Shown here: one piece after another, positions 24,179 through 35,904 of the stretch
How positions within the stretch are numbered: position 1 is the first letter of the stretch
Layout of the letters: each line of letters begins with the position of its first letter
The notes under the pieces: generated by a model
The model's database searches: none
What the model saw: only the letters and a program-made list of their open reading frames with translations
Told to the model about the DNA's origin: nothing
Origin: Vicugna vicugna
Lineage: Eukaryota
Assembly (NCBI GenBank): GCA_013265495.1
Contig: MU058065.1
Coordinates: 1,710,364 to 1,774,363 of the forward strand
DNA length: 64,000 nucleotides
Direction of reading: 5' to 3'
Translations under genes and position numbers: made by a program

Positions 24179-25384
24179 GTAGGTGCAGACCCGCAGGGCG
24201 GCCTGTTCCCTCCGTTAGGCTGGATGCGTGGAAATCAAGACATCTCAGTCCCGCAGACAAGTACCCAGCATGTGCTAACTTGGCCACGTGTGCCGGGAAG
24301 CGCAGATTTCCTCTTGTTTGTTCTCGTTCAGGAGGGGGACCCTTGACCAGTCAACCGGGACAGAAGCTGTCATAGAGTCACTTTGCGTACCTCTTCCCTT
24401 TAGATTGTCCAGTCGTGAAGGTCATGGCGTCGGTGTCTTGGGAAAGCACTCTGAGCTTTCCCTCCCTCTCTCCCTGTACCTGCCCTCAGTTCCTGCAGGG
24501 TTCACTGCTCTCAGAATTGTAGGCTTTGGGGCAAGATTCTAAACCACTCGGGAATTCGGCTTCCCCATCTGTAAAATGAATGGAAGAGACGGCCTTCCGC
24601 GTCCCTTCCAGTACCAGCTGGATCAGTTCCATGAGCTGGCCTTCCTTTCACTGACTCAGCAAACATTGGATAGACGCCTCCAGGCGTTGGGCACTGTTCT
24701 GACAGTTCAGGTAAATCAAACACCATACTTGCCTTCAAGGTGCCCACCGCCGGGTCGGAGAGAGAGCCAGGTAGAGTGAGAATTTCAGGTGAGCCCAGCC
24801 TGAGAGATGAAAGGGGGTCTTAGGGCAGACGGAGGCGGGAGGGGAGCACAGGTCACCGAACCAATGTTACCTAAGCCGCCTGCGGAGGTGAGCTGGGCAG
24901 GATGATGCAGGACATGGGGAGCAGTGACCTCCGAACCGCAGGGAGCATTCACCTTCCATAAACTTTTCCAGAACTTTCGCAATAAAAAAAAACCTACCGC
25001 AAATGTACTATATGCTACTCAGTATCTGTGTGAGCACTCTTTATTGTGGTTTAGTGCGGTTTTACTTGAATTATAAGTTGCGGTGGTAGCTTTCATCTTT
25101 TCAGTGTTTTGAGACTCTGAAGGTCTAGTCCAGCCTTGGGAGCCAGGGCACGTTGGCTAGTGGAGTGTGGGAGAACATGCCAGGAGACAGTAGCTGGGGC
25201 AAAACAAAGAGGTGTGGGAGAGCATGGCACACGGCAGGAGAAGTAACCCACAGACACAGAAAACACACAGGATGCAATGTTCTGCACGCCAAGGAAAGAT
25301 ACCGGATCGTTCTGATCGTCAAGGGACCCCTTGACTCTTCCGCAACCCTTGACCTCTAAATGCTCCTGTGTTGTTTTTGTGCAG

Positions 25385-25575
25385 CCAGTCACTTGTTCCC
25401 CTACGTGAAGAAGAGGATACAGGTCGTCAGCCAGTCGAGCACGGAACTGAATCCTATTGAAGTGGCGATTGATGAAATGTCCAAGAAGGTTTCTGAGCTC
25501 AATCAGCTTTGCACAATGGAGGAAGTGGACATGATCAGACTGCAGCTCAAACTTCAAGGAAGCGTCAGCGTGAAG
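25385..25575 (+). CDS. DOCK10: DOCK10 coding exon (SHLFPYVKKRIQV...LQLKLQGSVSVK)
   Basis: ttttgtgcag| acceptor and AAG|gtaggc donor; 191 nt; LNPIEVAIDEM and LQGSV motifs. Confidence 0.97.
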
Positions 25576-26284
25576 GTAGGCATTGCCCAGAGCTGAGATG
25601 CACATGGCCGGTGGAACCTGGTACCCAACGCCCCTTGAAATTTGTTAACAAAGAGTATAAGAGACATTTTTCTATTTGTGATATCATCCAACACCTTCGT
25701 CTGAGTCTTTACAATTTTGTTTCTTTGTAAATGCACGTGTATGGCGCCAAACACCTGGAGATAAGCCCTCCTTGAGTTTAGTTGAAATGAAATTTCTTCT
25801 TCCTCAGCCCTCCTTTCCCATCGTCTCTGGAGAAACTCTGTTCTATAATCTAAATTCTAACAAATGAGGTAATGAATGAATAAGCACGGCTCTCAGCTAA
25901 GTATCTGTCACTAAGAGCCTTCTAAAACTGTTCAGAAACAAATTTTTTTAAAATGTTTATTAGTTCATAAAACGTGCATCAGTATTTGTCCAACTGTCAG
26001 GGTCCCAAGAGGAAACAGATGGCCGGCTCACAGTGGGTGACTGAAGAAAGTATAATAAAGAGATGATGTGAAAAAGTATAAGCAGTATTTAGGAAAACCA
26101 GAGGACGGACACCAGGGCTAGTTAGGCTGAGGGGCTGTGGCCCTCCCAGGACTTGGAGACTCAGGGGAGAGAAGAGTCAGTGGAGGCAGAGAGAGCTGGG
26201 AAAGCCAGCTAATGATCGACAGGCAGACAGACATGGTGTGTGCGGGAGGACGCAAGCAGGAAGCCCTGAGCCCAGATACCCTCG

Positions 26285-26807
26285 CAGAGCTGAGACTGGG
26301 GTGCAGCCAGTGAGGCACTCACCTTGGGCACAACATTTAAGGGGGCAGCAAAAACTCAGCAATCAAGATAAAATATCTTTTTTTTTAATTGAAGCCTAGT
26401 TGGTTTGCAATGTTGTATTAATCTCTGGTGTACAGCATAGTGATTCAGTTATATGTATATATATATTCCTTTTCATATTCTTTTTCATTATAAACCATTA
26501 TAAGGTATTGAATATAATTCCCTGTGCTGTGTACTAGAGCACAGAAGGAGTTGTTTATCTATTTTATATATAGTAGTGTGTATCTGCAAATCCCAAACTC
26601 CCAATTTATCCCTCCACCCCCAAGAGAAAAGAATATCATAGTGCAATATTTTTAAAAATTGAAAGGAAACCTTCCAAAATCCATAATGAGCAAAATATTA
26701 AAATTTTAAATAAAGGCATACGAGAAACAGTGCCACGCAGAGCTATGTGGGAGCCTGAGGCCAAAGGAAAGCTGAGTAACATTGATCCTGACACTGACCC
26801 GGCCCTC
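26285..26807 (+). mobile_element. MER96B-like hAT DNA transposon interrupted by an L1 tail
   Basis: cagagctgagactggggtg...atttaagggggcagcaaaaactcagcaatcaagat start and acccggccct end (degenerate terminal inverted repeats). Confidence 0.65.
26378..26621 (-). mobile_element. 5'-truncated cetartiodactyl L1 3' end
   Basis: PolyT then aattgaagcctagttggtttgcaatgttg...ttccttttcatattctttttcattata; imperfect caaga...aatatc duplication on both sides. Confidence 0.75.
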
Positions 26808-27448
26808 CTCTTTCCTGCCCACCTCTTGTCTGGGTCCCCATAGCTGACTCAAATAATAATAAAAATAATGATAAATTTTTAAAGGTAAAAGAGCCAATGT
26901 TATACTCCCAGTGGGCAGCCTTCCTCAGCACATAGGTAAGCAGAGAGAAGTGGAGACCGGATCTGGAGAAATAAAGCAAAGCATTGAATACTGTTGACCC
27001 ACTCCGCCACACTGGACTCACCTGGCAGGCACAGAAATCGGAAGATGCCTCAAATACAGTATTGGCTTCCTTCTTTTTTTTACCTTATTCCTGCCAAGCC
27101 CCACAGTCACATAGAAAGGCTCCAAGCCCTGAAGAATACAGACTCCTCTGCGCACGTGTGTGAGCGTGAATAGGACATGGCATTGTGGAGTCCCTCAGCA
27201 GGCTGACCAGTGCCTCCTTGGGCCAGAATTTCAGCCAGGCTCTCAAGCAAGATGCAAGAAAAAGGGTTCCCAGGGTGGTGCCTCGACCACTACCACCGTG
27301 GAATGTCCCTTATTAATAGTTACATGTTTGCTTGCATGTTCATAGGGGAAAAAAGTAACTAGCTCATCAGATGTTTGACTTCACAGATGTTAAGTTTATT
27401 GCAGTAAATAAAGGTGAGTCTAGTTTTCAAAATTATTTAGAAAATGAG

Positions 27449-27506
27449 TACACTGGAAATTGACGCAACATTGTAAACTGACTATACTTCAACAACAACA
27501 AAGAAA
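27449..27506 (+). mobile_element. Very short L1 3' tail
   Basis: tacactggaaattgacgcaacattgtaaactgactatacttcaa plus A-rich tail; matches the copies at 55.7 and 62.8 kb. Confidence 0.7.
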
Positions 27507-27781
27507 GGCAAGAAGGGTGCAGGCAGAAAGGGGGACACAGCAAAAACTGAAATGGTGGGAAGTTTGGGAAGGATGGCAGTGATGTGCGGCGCTCAGATGC
27601 ATCCATTAGTAGCTCATCGACTAGTGGGAGGACAGCAGAGGGGACGGGTAACAAATGAGCAGACTGCAGGCGATGCGAGAGAACTGGGGTTCCATCCCGT
27701 GGGTGCCACTCCTTCTGGCTGCAGAGAAGGCCCCCCGGAGGAGGTGACACCATCAGCATCCAGTTCTCTTCTCCCCATTAG

Positions 27782-27882
27782 GTTAATGCCGGGCCCATGG
27801 CCTACGCACGAGCTTTCCTTGAAGAAACCAATGCAAAGAAATATCCTGACAACCAAGTAAAACTTTTGAAGGAAATCTTCAG
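27782..27882 (+). CDS. DOCK10: DOCK10 coding exon ([34 protein letters not shown])
   Basis: ccccattag| acceptor and AG|gtaagt donor; 101 nt; VNAGP is the DHR2 nucleotide-sensor valine loop. Confidence 0.97.
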
Positions 27883-28031
27883 GTAAGTTTTTCCTTGTGG
27901 CGATGTCCCCCCTTGAGTTCCTTCAGACAGGGCGTCTTCAATTGCTCAGGAAGCCATCTGAGCCACCCTGACTCTGACCTGCCACTTTCTGTAGCTGCTT
28001 GTTACAAATGCGCTTCCTACTGTCTCAAAAG

Positions 28032-28170
28032 GCAATTTGCAGATGCGTGTGGGCAGGCCCTGGACGTGAATGAGCGCCTCATCAAGGAGGACCAGCTGGA
28101 GTACCAGGAGGAGCTGAGGTCCCACTATAAGGACATGCTCAGCGAGCTCTCGGCAATCATGAATGAGCAG
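28032..28170 (+). CDS. DOCK10: DOCK10 coding exon (QFADACGQALDVNERLIKEDQLEYQEELRSHYKDMLSELSAIMNEQ)
   Basis: ctcaaaag| acceptor and CAG|gtgagg donor; 139 nt; end of DHR2. Confidence 0.96.
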
Positions 28171-29443
28171 GTGAGGCTTTGCCCGGGTGGCCCGTGCGGT
28201 CCATTCATAGAAAGCGCCCATTTGATCCCCAGTGCCAGAAGGACCGGAAAGAATCTCTTTTTTTTTTTCTTGCTGCTAGTATTATTGTACTTACACAAGC
28301 ACCATGTTTCTGAGCTGTTCTCTCCCCCAGGCACGACATCCCATCCCTCAAAGGAGAGATCAGGTTGGGGAAAATCCATAGGAAAACAAGATGAGAACCC
28401 AGGTGCTTTCCAGTTTTCAGAGATGTTTATCCAAACCGTGTGCGTTGATCTTCTAGAGCCAGTGGCACCTGTTAGACACCACAACATTGGGTGGCATTGA
28501 CATAGAGCTTCCTGCCACTCCCATCACCCTGATTGAGCAGCTCACAACCCCTAGGCTGGGATGTGGAGGTCCACAGTTCTGCCACTAGGGGTCTCTGCAC
28601 CATACTCAGGAAGAACACCAGGACTAGGGTCAAGGTCTTTGATGGTCAAGACTGGATCTCTGGAAGATGGAATTCGGATAAAACTCAATCCCCCCCACTA
28701 CAAGCAAGTCATCCGTGATTTCTGGCACGTAGTCGGTATATTCTGTAAGACTGTACACAAGATGTTGACATTCAGGAATCACAGTACTTTTGGGGGGTAC
28801 TGGGAATCAAGTGATCAAAAGCCAAGTTCTGCTTTTTTTGGCTTTCTTCCCAGCATCCATCAGCCCTCACACTCTACCTGGACATACCATCACCCATGGT
28901 CCCCTCCAAGAGTTCTTTACAGAAAAGTGAGGGGGAGAACTTGCACTGACCTCCCAACAGGGCCTCATGCACAGTAGCCTTTCATTAAATATTAATTCCC
29001 TTTCCCTTCCTTCAGCAGCCTAGTATTATAACCCTATTCACAAAACGTGAAATGTGTCATACACATCTTTTATTCTAGTTGCATTTCCCATATGTTTCTT
29101 TTTTCATCTTTCCCATCTCCTTCCACCCACATTTTAAACTCTCCATAGCAGCTAGAGAAAGAAATGCATAATTGACTTATGATGCAAAGATTAAATCTCC
29201 CTGGATAGGATTCCTAGAGGAGACAGTATCAGTTAGGGGTTGCTCAGGGGTAATGGAAATTAAATATTCAGGAGCAATGCCTTGATAGCGTGGGGAAATT
29301 ATAAATCTGAGAGTGAAACAAAAAGAACCAACAGTGGATCTGAAAATTGGAAAAAGTGGCAAAGAAGTGCTTGTTTCCAACTGTAAATTGTACCTGGCCT
29401 TGAAACTTTGGGCAAAAATGCTTCTCTCTTTTTTTCCTGGCAG

Positions 29444-29519
29444 CTCTGTCGCGGTCCATGTTTATACAGCTTCTGCTCCTCTGTGTCTAGTATTTCCCTC
29501 AGTACTGTAAGCAAAAGTG
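29444..29519 (+). CDS. DOCK10: Candidate 76-nt cassette exon (LCRGPCLYSFCSSVSSISLSTVSKS) that shifts the last-exon frame
   Basis: cttctctcttttttttcctggcag-type strong acceptor; G|gtatgt donor; open in phase with ...MNEQ; continues openly into a second frame of the last exon. Confidence 0.72.
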
Positions 29520-29589
29520 GTATGTTTTTCTTTCCTTATGTCTATTCTGTCCTTTGTGGCCTTCTGGTCTACCTGTTCATTTTCGCCAG

Positions 29590-29657
29590 ACACTTCCATA
29601 GTGACCAGTGTTCTCTAAGTGTTTATTTAATTAGAACAACTTTATTTCTATTTCAAG
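29590..29657 (+). other. DOCK10: Candidate 68-nt stop-containing alternative exon
   Basis: Long pyrimidine tract ending tttcgccag|; AAG|gtaggt donor; reads TLP* or DTSIVTSVL* depending on the upstream exon. Confidence 0.45.
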
Positions 29658-31996
29658 GTAGGTTGATATGAAAAAAAAAAGCTTACTAAAATCAAAAAGC
29701 TAAAGTGAACAACTTAGCTTTTAAATGGAAAATCTATACTCTATCAACTTCTCAAATACATCTGAGCTCATCTGTACCCAAAACAAAGATTCATTATACC
29801 TCAAAGTGCTAAAACAATAGTACAAAGACGAGAGAAAAAAAATTTCTTTTCCAGAAAACCTTTGCTAAGAGAGGCAGAATTTGACTCTGTGCTTCCTGGA
29901 AACATACGCAAAGAAAAGAAACTAATGGATTGCACAGGTCTTGTTATTCAGTAAAAGAAATAGATCTGTTGGCAGGAAAGATAAACTTTCTCCTTGTCCT
30001 GAGCTTCAGTGGGGATTTGTCACCTAGGGCTTTATATGTGGAACAGTGACTACAACACTCATGATTTCTTCAACGACTTTTTCCTTAAAAATGATTTACT
30101 AGTATATGGTCTTTCTACATTTCCACCTTAGATTAAACTGAGGACAAAATATTAACTTCTAACTCTGTGGAAGAGCTCCTAGAGGAAGAACTATTTGATT
30201 GATATCAGTCATTAGGTTTAAATTAACCACAGCAAAACTGTAAGTCATCTACAGCAAAATAAGCCATTTTCACGGCAACCACTGATAAGTGTTTTGAGTT
30301 GGTGGTAATGAACAATTTTCTGAAATCAGAAACAGCTAGCAAAGGATAGGGGTCCTTAAAGTCCAGTGTATTTTTTAAAACTGGGTATTTAATCTCAGTT
30401 TGGATTTATAACATTAAAAAATGTGTTTGTTTCTTTTCTCAGTTTTTTTTAATAAAAAGGCGTTTGACTGTAATGTTTGAGTTTGGACTCTAGTGGAGGG
30501 AAGGGCAGTCAAATTTGAGCATAATCTTGTAATGCATGAATGAACCATAATCTGTAACGCATGAATACCTTCTCATGGCTATGTATCCATACACATATTT
30601 TGGAGACAGGTACATACACAATTACAGTGAAGAGAGAAATCCTACCATTAAACTTTGTAAAAATGGAAACAGCTTGAATGGATAGACAGACATAAATAGA
30701 AAGATAGAAATAGAATTAAATATGCCATTCACTCCAAGAGTGTCCAGAAAAGTCTTAGCTAAAAGGTTAAGACAGAAGCCACTACTTAGTGAAAGAACCT
30801 TTAATATGAGGTGAGAGATGGAGCAGGATGAAGTGGATGCTGGTGTGTAAAATGGAGATGTGGAGCTGGGGTAGCTTGAGTTGCTCAAGTGACAGGCAGG
30901 CAGTAATTACGTTTATGGGCAGCAGAATGTCATGCTGTTTTATAAACGGCCAAAAACCATAAAAGCCTCTTTTGATGGAGGCCAAAGTAATACGTATAAC
31001 TACCTGGATGAAACATAAATAGGAAATGCTGATTCGGAGTCTGTTTCAACATTTAGAAGGGGGACAGCATAGTCGCATAGTCAACGGTGGTAACGGATAT
31101 CAAATATAATATCAAATATTATATCAAAATATATATATCAAAACACAGCAACAAGAACACATCCGCTCTGTTACGGTGCCAAGCGGGCGAGATCCAAAGG
31201 CATGTTGGTTTTAGAATTTCAGATGCTTTTTGGATGCATTATTTGCCAAATTATTCAAGCAGAACTTGTGACATTGATCACAAGGAGAATGTATTGGTGG
31301 TGTAGAATTCATGGATGCTGGCTGTTTGGTGGGGGGGCAGAGTGGCAATTCTGGCTTGGAAGAGGAGTTGAGCTAACGCTTGGTAATGTGTGAAGTTAGT
31401 GGGGAAATCATCATAACAGGAAGTTTAAAATATTCATTAGGTCTCATCTGCACAGAGATTTTAGAGGTGCCTGGGGGCTTTTGCTGTTGTGATTGTGTTC
31501 ACATAGCATGATTGGAATGGATCTGATGGGAGAGTATCATTTAGGCATATTAAGATTATTTTCAAAAGTAAAACCAGGCCAAGGTATATTTTTCTTGTAT
31601 TTCCATTAATGCAAACACTCAAAGGAGATTTCACATCTTTCCCTTTTCTGGCAGATTTTGACAGTACAAATTACAAACTTTGTGGATAAAATAAAATTTC
31701 AGAATTACTCAAACACATTCGTAAGATTCATTCAGGCAGTTAAAAATACGTATCCGATAGTTGAAGAGTATTGGAAAGCTACTTCAAATCTTGTCAACAT
31801 GGCTGTGATGCAGCTGGGGAAAAAAAATCTTTAGATATGCCTTGATAAGTGCATTTTCAAAATTTGCAGATTTCCCTGTGGGGAATTTTTTTTTAAGAAA
31901 TCACTGTTTTGGGGGTTTAATTTTGTGTTTTGAGATACTAACACAAACCTCTCTGTTATCATTTTGTTTTGTCGTGTTGTTTTGTCCCGTCTCAAG

Positions 31997-32113
31997 ATTA
32001 CGTGCTGGGACGACCCTTCAAAGCGCGGAGTGGAGCGAACCTGCACGCGAGTCATTAGCAAGGCCACGCCCACTCCGTCCGCAGCCTCGGTCTCACCCAG
32101 CGCAGAAGTTTGA
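31997..32113 (+). CDS. DOCK10: DOCK10 last coding exon (ITCWDDPSKRGVERTCTRVISKATPTPSAASVSPSAEV*)
   Basis: gtcccgtctcaag| acceptor; TGA 32111-32113; ...TCTRVISKATP...SAEV C-terminus recognised as DOCK10. Confidence 0.95.
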   Translation: MTCWDDPSKRGVERTCTRVISKATPTPSAASVSPSAEV

Positions 32114-32755
32114 GGGAGAAAGAGAGCCTGCAGCGTCAGACGCGCCTCCAAGAGAACTCTGAATTTGCAGCTAATCTCCGGGAAGAGAAAGACAGATTTA
32201 ATTTATTTGAAGATTTTAACGGTGTTAATATTTTTTTTTACTTCGCTAGCTTGAGAATTTTGCCAGCCTCCAGATTTGCACATTTCTTACAGTTTTTTTT
32301 TTCCTTTGAGCGGCGTCGATCCAGCCAAGCTGAATATTTGCTATGAAATTCCAATGAATGTGTAGCTCAAAAGCAAACCATAAGTTTGCTGTCGGTTACA
32401 GTATGTTCAGTACCCAGTCCTCGTACACATATTTTAAAGGTCAAAGTGAATGTTTTTGTAACATTTAAGCGTATTTCCAATGTAAATAAAAGATTGTAAA
32501 ATACATGGTTTTTACCAACTTTAAAAGAACCTTTTTAGTTAATACTTATGACAGTGCTAAAATTATATGAATAACATTTCAGATACCATTATATTAAAAT
32601 ATTTGTGTATGTGTACAAAAGTGTTGATAAATACTAATCTTTAAAGTTTGTGGAATTTCTTTATTTGTAATATATGTGCTCTTAAAAGCAATGAAATGTG
32701 AAACTATAGAAGCCTTTTGTTGTTAATAGAAATAAAAAATACAGTTACTTTCCAT
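32114..32755 (+). other. DOCK10: DOCK10 3' UTR (end approximate)
   Basis: AU-rich and apparently repeat-free after the stop; AATAAA at 32485-32490 and 32731-32736. Confidence 0.75.
32731..32736 (+). terminator. Probable main polyadenylation signal
   Basis: AATAAA followed by U-rich and GU-rich downstream sequence. Confidence 0.65.
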
Positions 32756-32797
32756 TTGGTTTCATCTTGAAGAGTGGGTGAGTGGTCCGTGGGGTGA

Positions 32798-32944
32798 GGG
32801 GAGAATATAGCTCAGTGGTAGAGTGCATGCTTAGCATGCATGAGGTCCTGGGTTCAATCCCCAGTACCCTTGTTAAAAAACAAATAAAAACCTTATAACC
32901 TCCCCCCCCCAAAAAAAACCAGAAACAAACAAAATAAAATAAAA
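32798..32944 (+). mobile_element. Vic-1-like camelid tRNA-derived SINE
   Basis: ggggagaatatagctcagtggtagag (A box), gggttcaatccccagtacc (B box), C-run and A-rich tail. Confidence 0.85.
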
Positions 32945-33141
32945 GCGGTTCTTCAGACTGGATGTCTGTTGAATGCAACCCTACTCACGACTTTTGATGC
33001 CTTAGCAAGAAGTCAGGAAGAGGACTTGACCCTCAGTTGGGCAGTTCCTCCAAAGATCCACTTGACAGGACAGGGGTTTCCAATCCCAGGAGATTACTAG
33101 ACTGATTTGAAGAAGATATAATGAATCAGAACCTCGAGGAC

Positions 33142-33540
33142 TGTGGTAATTATTAAGATTATTCACAAATATTCCATCTGTACATTCTGTAAATGTGTGG
33201 TGGGACTGCACTTTCCTGCCTCTTTTGAAGTTAGACTTGACTGTACTGTAGCCATTGAAATGTGAGCAGAAGTGACATGTTCCACTTTCAGGCAGATACT
33301 TAAAAGCCAGGAAGTGGTTCTGCCCAGTCCCTCCCCCTGATGCAGACATCCCTAAAGGACGTGGAGATGGAGACTCCATCAGCCTGAGTACCCGAGTGAT
33401 CACCACGAGCAGACACACACATGCCACTCCCCCTAACCTTGTTGGACGCAGAGTCAAAAATCCATTTTGTTGTGTTAAGATTCCCGATATTCAAGGGTTA
33501 TTCTTCCCAGCAGTGTCATGAGCTTATGCTGGCTGATCTG
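33142..33540 (+). mobile_element. MLT1G/H-like MaLR LTR
   Basis: TGTGG start; gccattgaaatgtgagcagaagtgacatgttccactttcaggcag motif. Confidence 0.65.
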
Positions 33541-35861
33541 TGTTTTTATCAGGGTTGTGAGTGATACTCAGTCAGGTTTGGGGACAATTAATGCATCCCA
33601 CCTCCCTCCCCTGGGCTCCTCCCACCAGTACAACTGAGCTGAACTCTCGCCATATGCAGCAGGCAAGCTCAAGAATATCACTTTATATTCATCCTCAGAA
33701 GCCATTCCAAAGGCCAAGCCTCCAGTGAGGAGAGTTTAGCTGATTTCATCTTTCTGCCCCGAGGATAGCGCTTAAAAGACATATGGAAATATTGTATATG
33801 CAGAAGTGACAAAGTGACATTTTAGATGGGAACTCTGACCCCTGGAGACTCACAGAACTGTTCTTTTCTCAAATAGAGTCCATTGCTTTGTGTAAAGAAA
33901 AGAAATGAAGGAAAAATGAAAGGAAGGAAGAAAAAGCCCTGAGGTGAGCTGACCTCTAGCTCAAAGCATCTCTCCCTGTGCTGGCTCCCGCTCTTGGTTC
34001 CGACTGCCTGGGTCAGCTTCTTGGCTTCTCTCCTCTAATTTCTCCACTTGGATTTTTAAGCTGCCTTAGACAGGATTACTGTCCCAGGAACCCAGGAAGA
34101 CTCTGCCTCTGCTATTGTCTCCTACCCAATTCCTGCCTTTAGGATCATGTCCCCATGCCCCCCACCAACTCACCCATCCCCCCAGCCCAGGTACACTGTC
34201 TGCATTAGGTTGCCTGTCCAAATCTGAAAACAAAACCTCTAAAGAAGTAATCAAAAACAATAAATCTTTTTATTCATGTTAAATGCCAAATACTCTATTT
34301 TTTGCATCACAAAGAGCAACATGTTAGATGGCCTCACTGCGTTTTGCCCCTGGAATGATTCACAGTACAAGAAGTTTAAGCCCAGCTGCTCTAGAGAGAC
34401 TTAACCAAGACCACTCTGCTTAAACAGTGTTGAAACTCACCTTGCAATTCCCAGCACCTTCTCTTCCTTCCTTCTTCAGACCATATGCATCGAACTGGCT
34501 ACTCAGACACTGAATCCAACAGATACATTTTAACTATCACATAGAGTGTCTTAAGTTTGTTTTTCAATTAGATATCAACACAAATATTCAGAGACATATA
34601 AAATTCCAGCTTCCTAATACCTGTTTTAAAAAAATCACTTTCTCTGGTAACGCTGGATTCACATGCCCAGATGACAACAATCAGTTAAAGCTGAGACACT
34701 GTTGATCCCTTTACAGGTGCTTTCCAGTTTGCCACAGTCTGCACCAGGCCCTAACTGACTTACACCAGGTGTGCCCCTCTATTTATATTTTCTGCCTAGA
34801 TCCCATAGGCATGTGCAGATCCCAGTTCTGACAAACGTTTTTTAAGTGTAGTGACACTAGATGTGGACAGCAGATCATCTGCTTCAGCATTAGGCAGGTC
34901 ATGTGTTAAAAGGCACATTTCTGAGCTCCATCAAACCTTCTAAGATAGAAACTCCGAGGAGTGGTATCCAGCACCACGTGATTCTCTACTGCATCCTCTG
35001 CTAATTTACCACCCCTAAAAATTTACTTTGCAGAAGACAGTATCTTATCAACTAGTGACCTGATTTTGAATTGCCAAGACTGAATTCTTGCTTTATATTC
35101 TTTTTCATCTTTATATTACTTTTCCCAAAATAATCCACAATATTTTAATTAAATTAGTAACTTGTCAAAATAAGTTGTATTAAAAAATCATAGTGAATCT
35201 CCCAGTTCTACAAATGGAAACACTGAAAGTAAGACAAAGGGCATTATTTTCCTATGATTTACCCTAGAAGGTATCCAATGCAGAACAAGTAGATCTAGAA
35301 CTTGGGAAGTCAGCCCTGGCTCTGTCCGCCCACCCATTCATCATCCCACTCAGTAGCTTTCTCTCTTCCCATTCTCATTTCAAAGTGCAAAATGCTCAGC
35401 CTGTAAAAAAAAAGTTAATGTATCCCTTCATTTTTGGCAACAATTACCTTATAAACAAAGGCCCAATAGCCAGCCCTCCCATAGTATGTCCCTACTCTGT
35501 GTTCTGATCCATTTAGAAACAAGGACAAATGGACCAGTCAACTTGCTTCCTTCTGAAAAGATGGAGATCATGTTATGAGGAAGTATCAGCTTTCAGAACA
35601 CTGAATGTTGCTCTACAGAAGGATTTTACCATATTTGCAGACTGATGATTTTTCATCTTATAGTGTTAGTCAAACTCCAGAAAGGAAGAAAAAATTATAT
35701 ATAATATATTATATTATATATATAATTTCAGTATTCCTATAAGCAGTTAGGAAATGAAACAAATTGAGCAAATGTGGCAAAATGACCTTAAACCAAATTT
35801 CAAATTTGCTCATATTACAAGTGGTCCCCATATTCTGCACCCCCCACATTTGTATCAGTGA

Positions 35862-35866
<5 letters not shown>

Positions 35867-35897
<31 letters not shown>
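35867..35897. repeat. (TA)n microsatellite
   Basis: About 15 perfect TA units. Confidence 0.95.

Positions 35898-35904
<7 letters not shown>

Noticed and set aside
25093..25605. 170-aa minus-strand ORF
   Set aside because: Antisense shadow of DOCK10 exon 25385-25575.
27895..28500. 201-aa plus-strand ORF
   Set aside because: Only 28032-28170 is coding; the rest is open intronic flank.
32798..32870. tRNA-like sequence with A and B boxes (also at 54180-54256 and 56887-56960)
   Set aside because: Three diverged copies share a non-tRNA tail and polyA, so these are SINEs, not tRNA genes.
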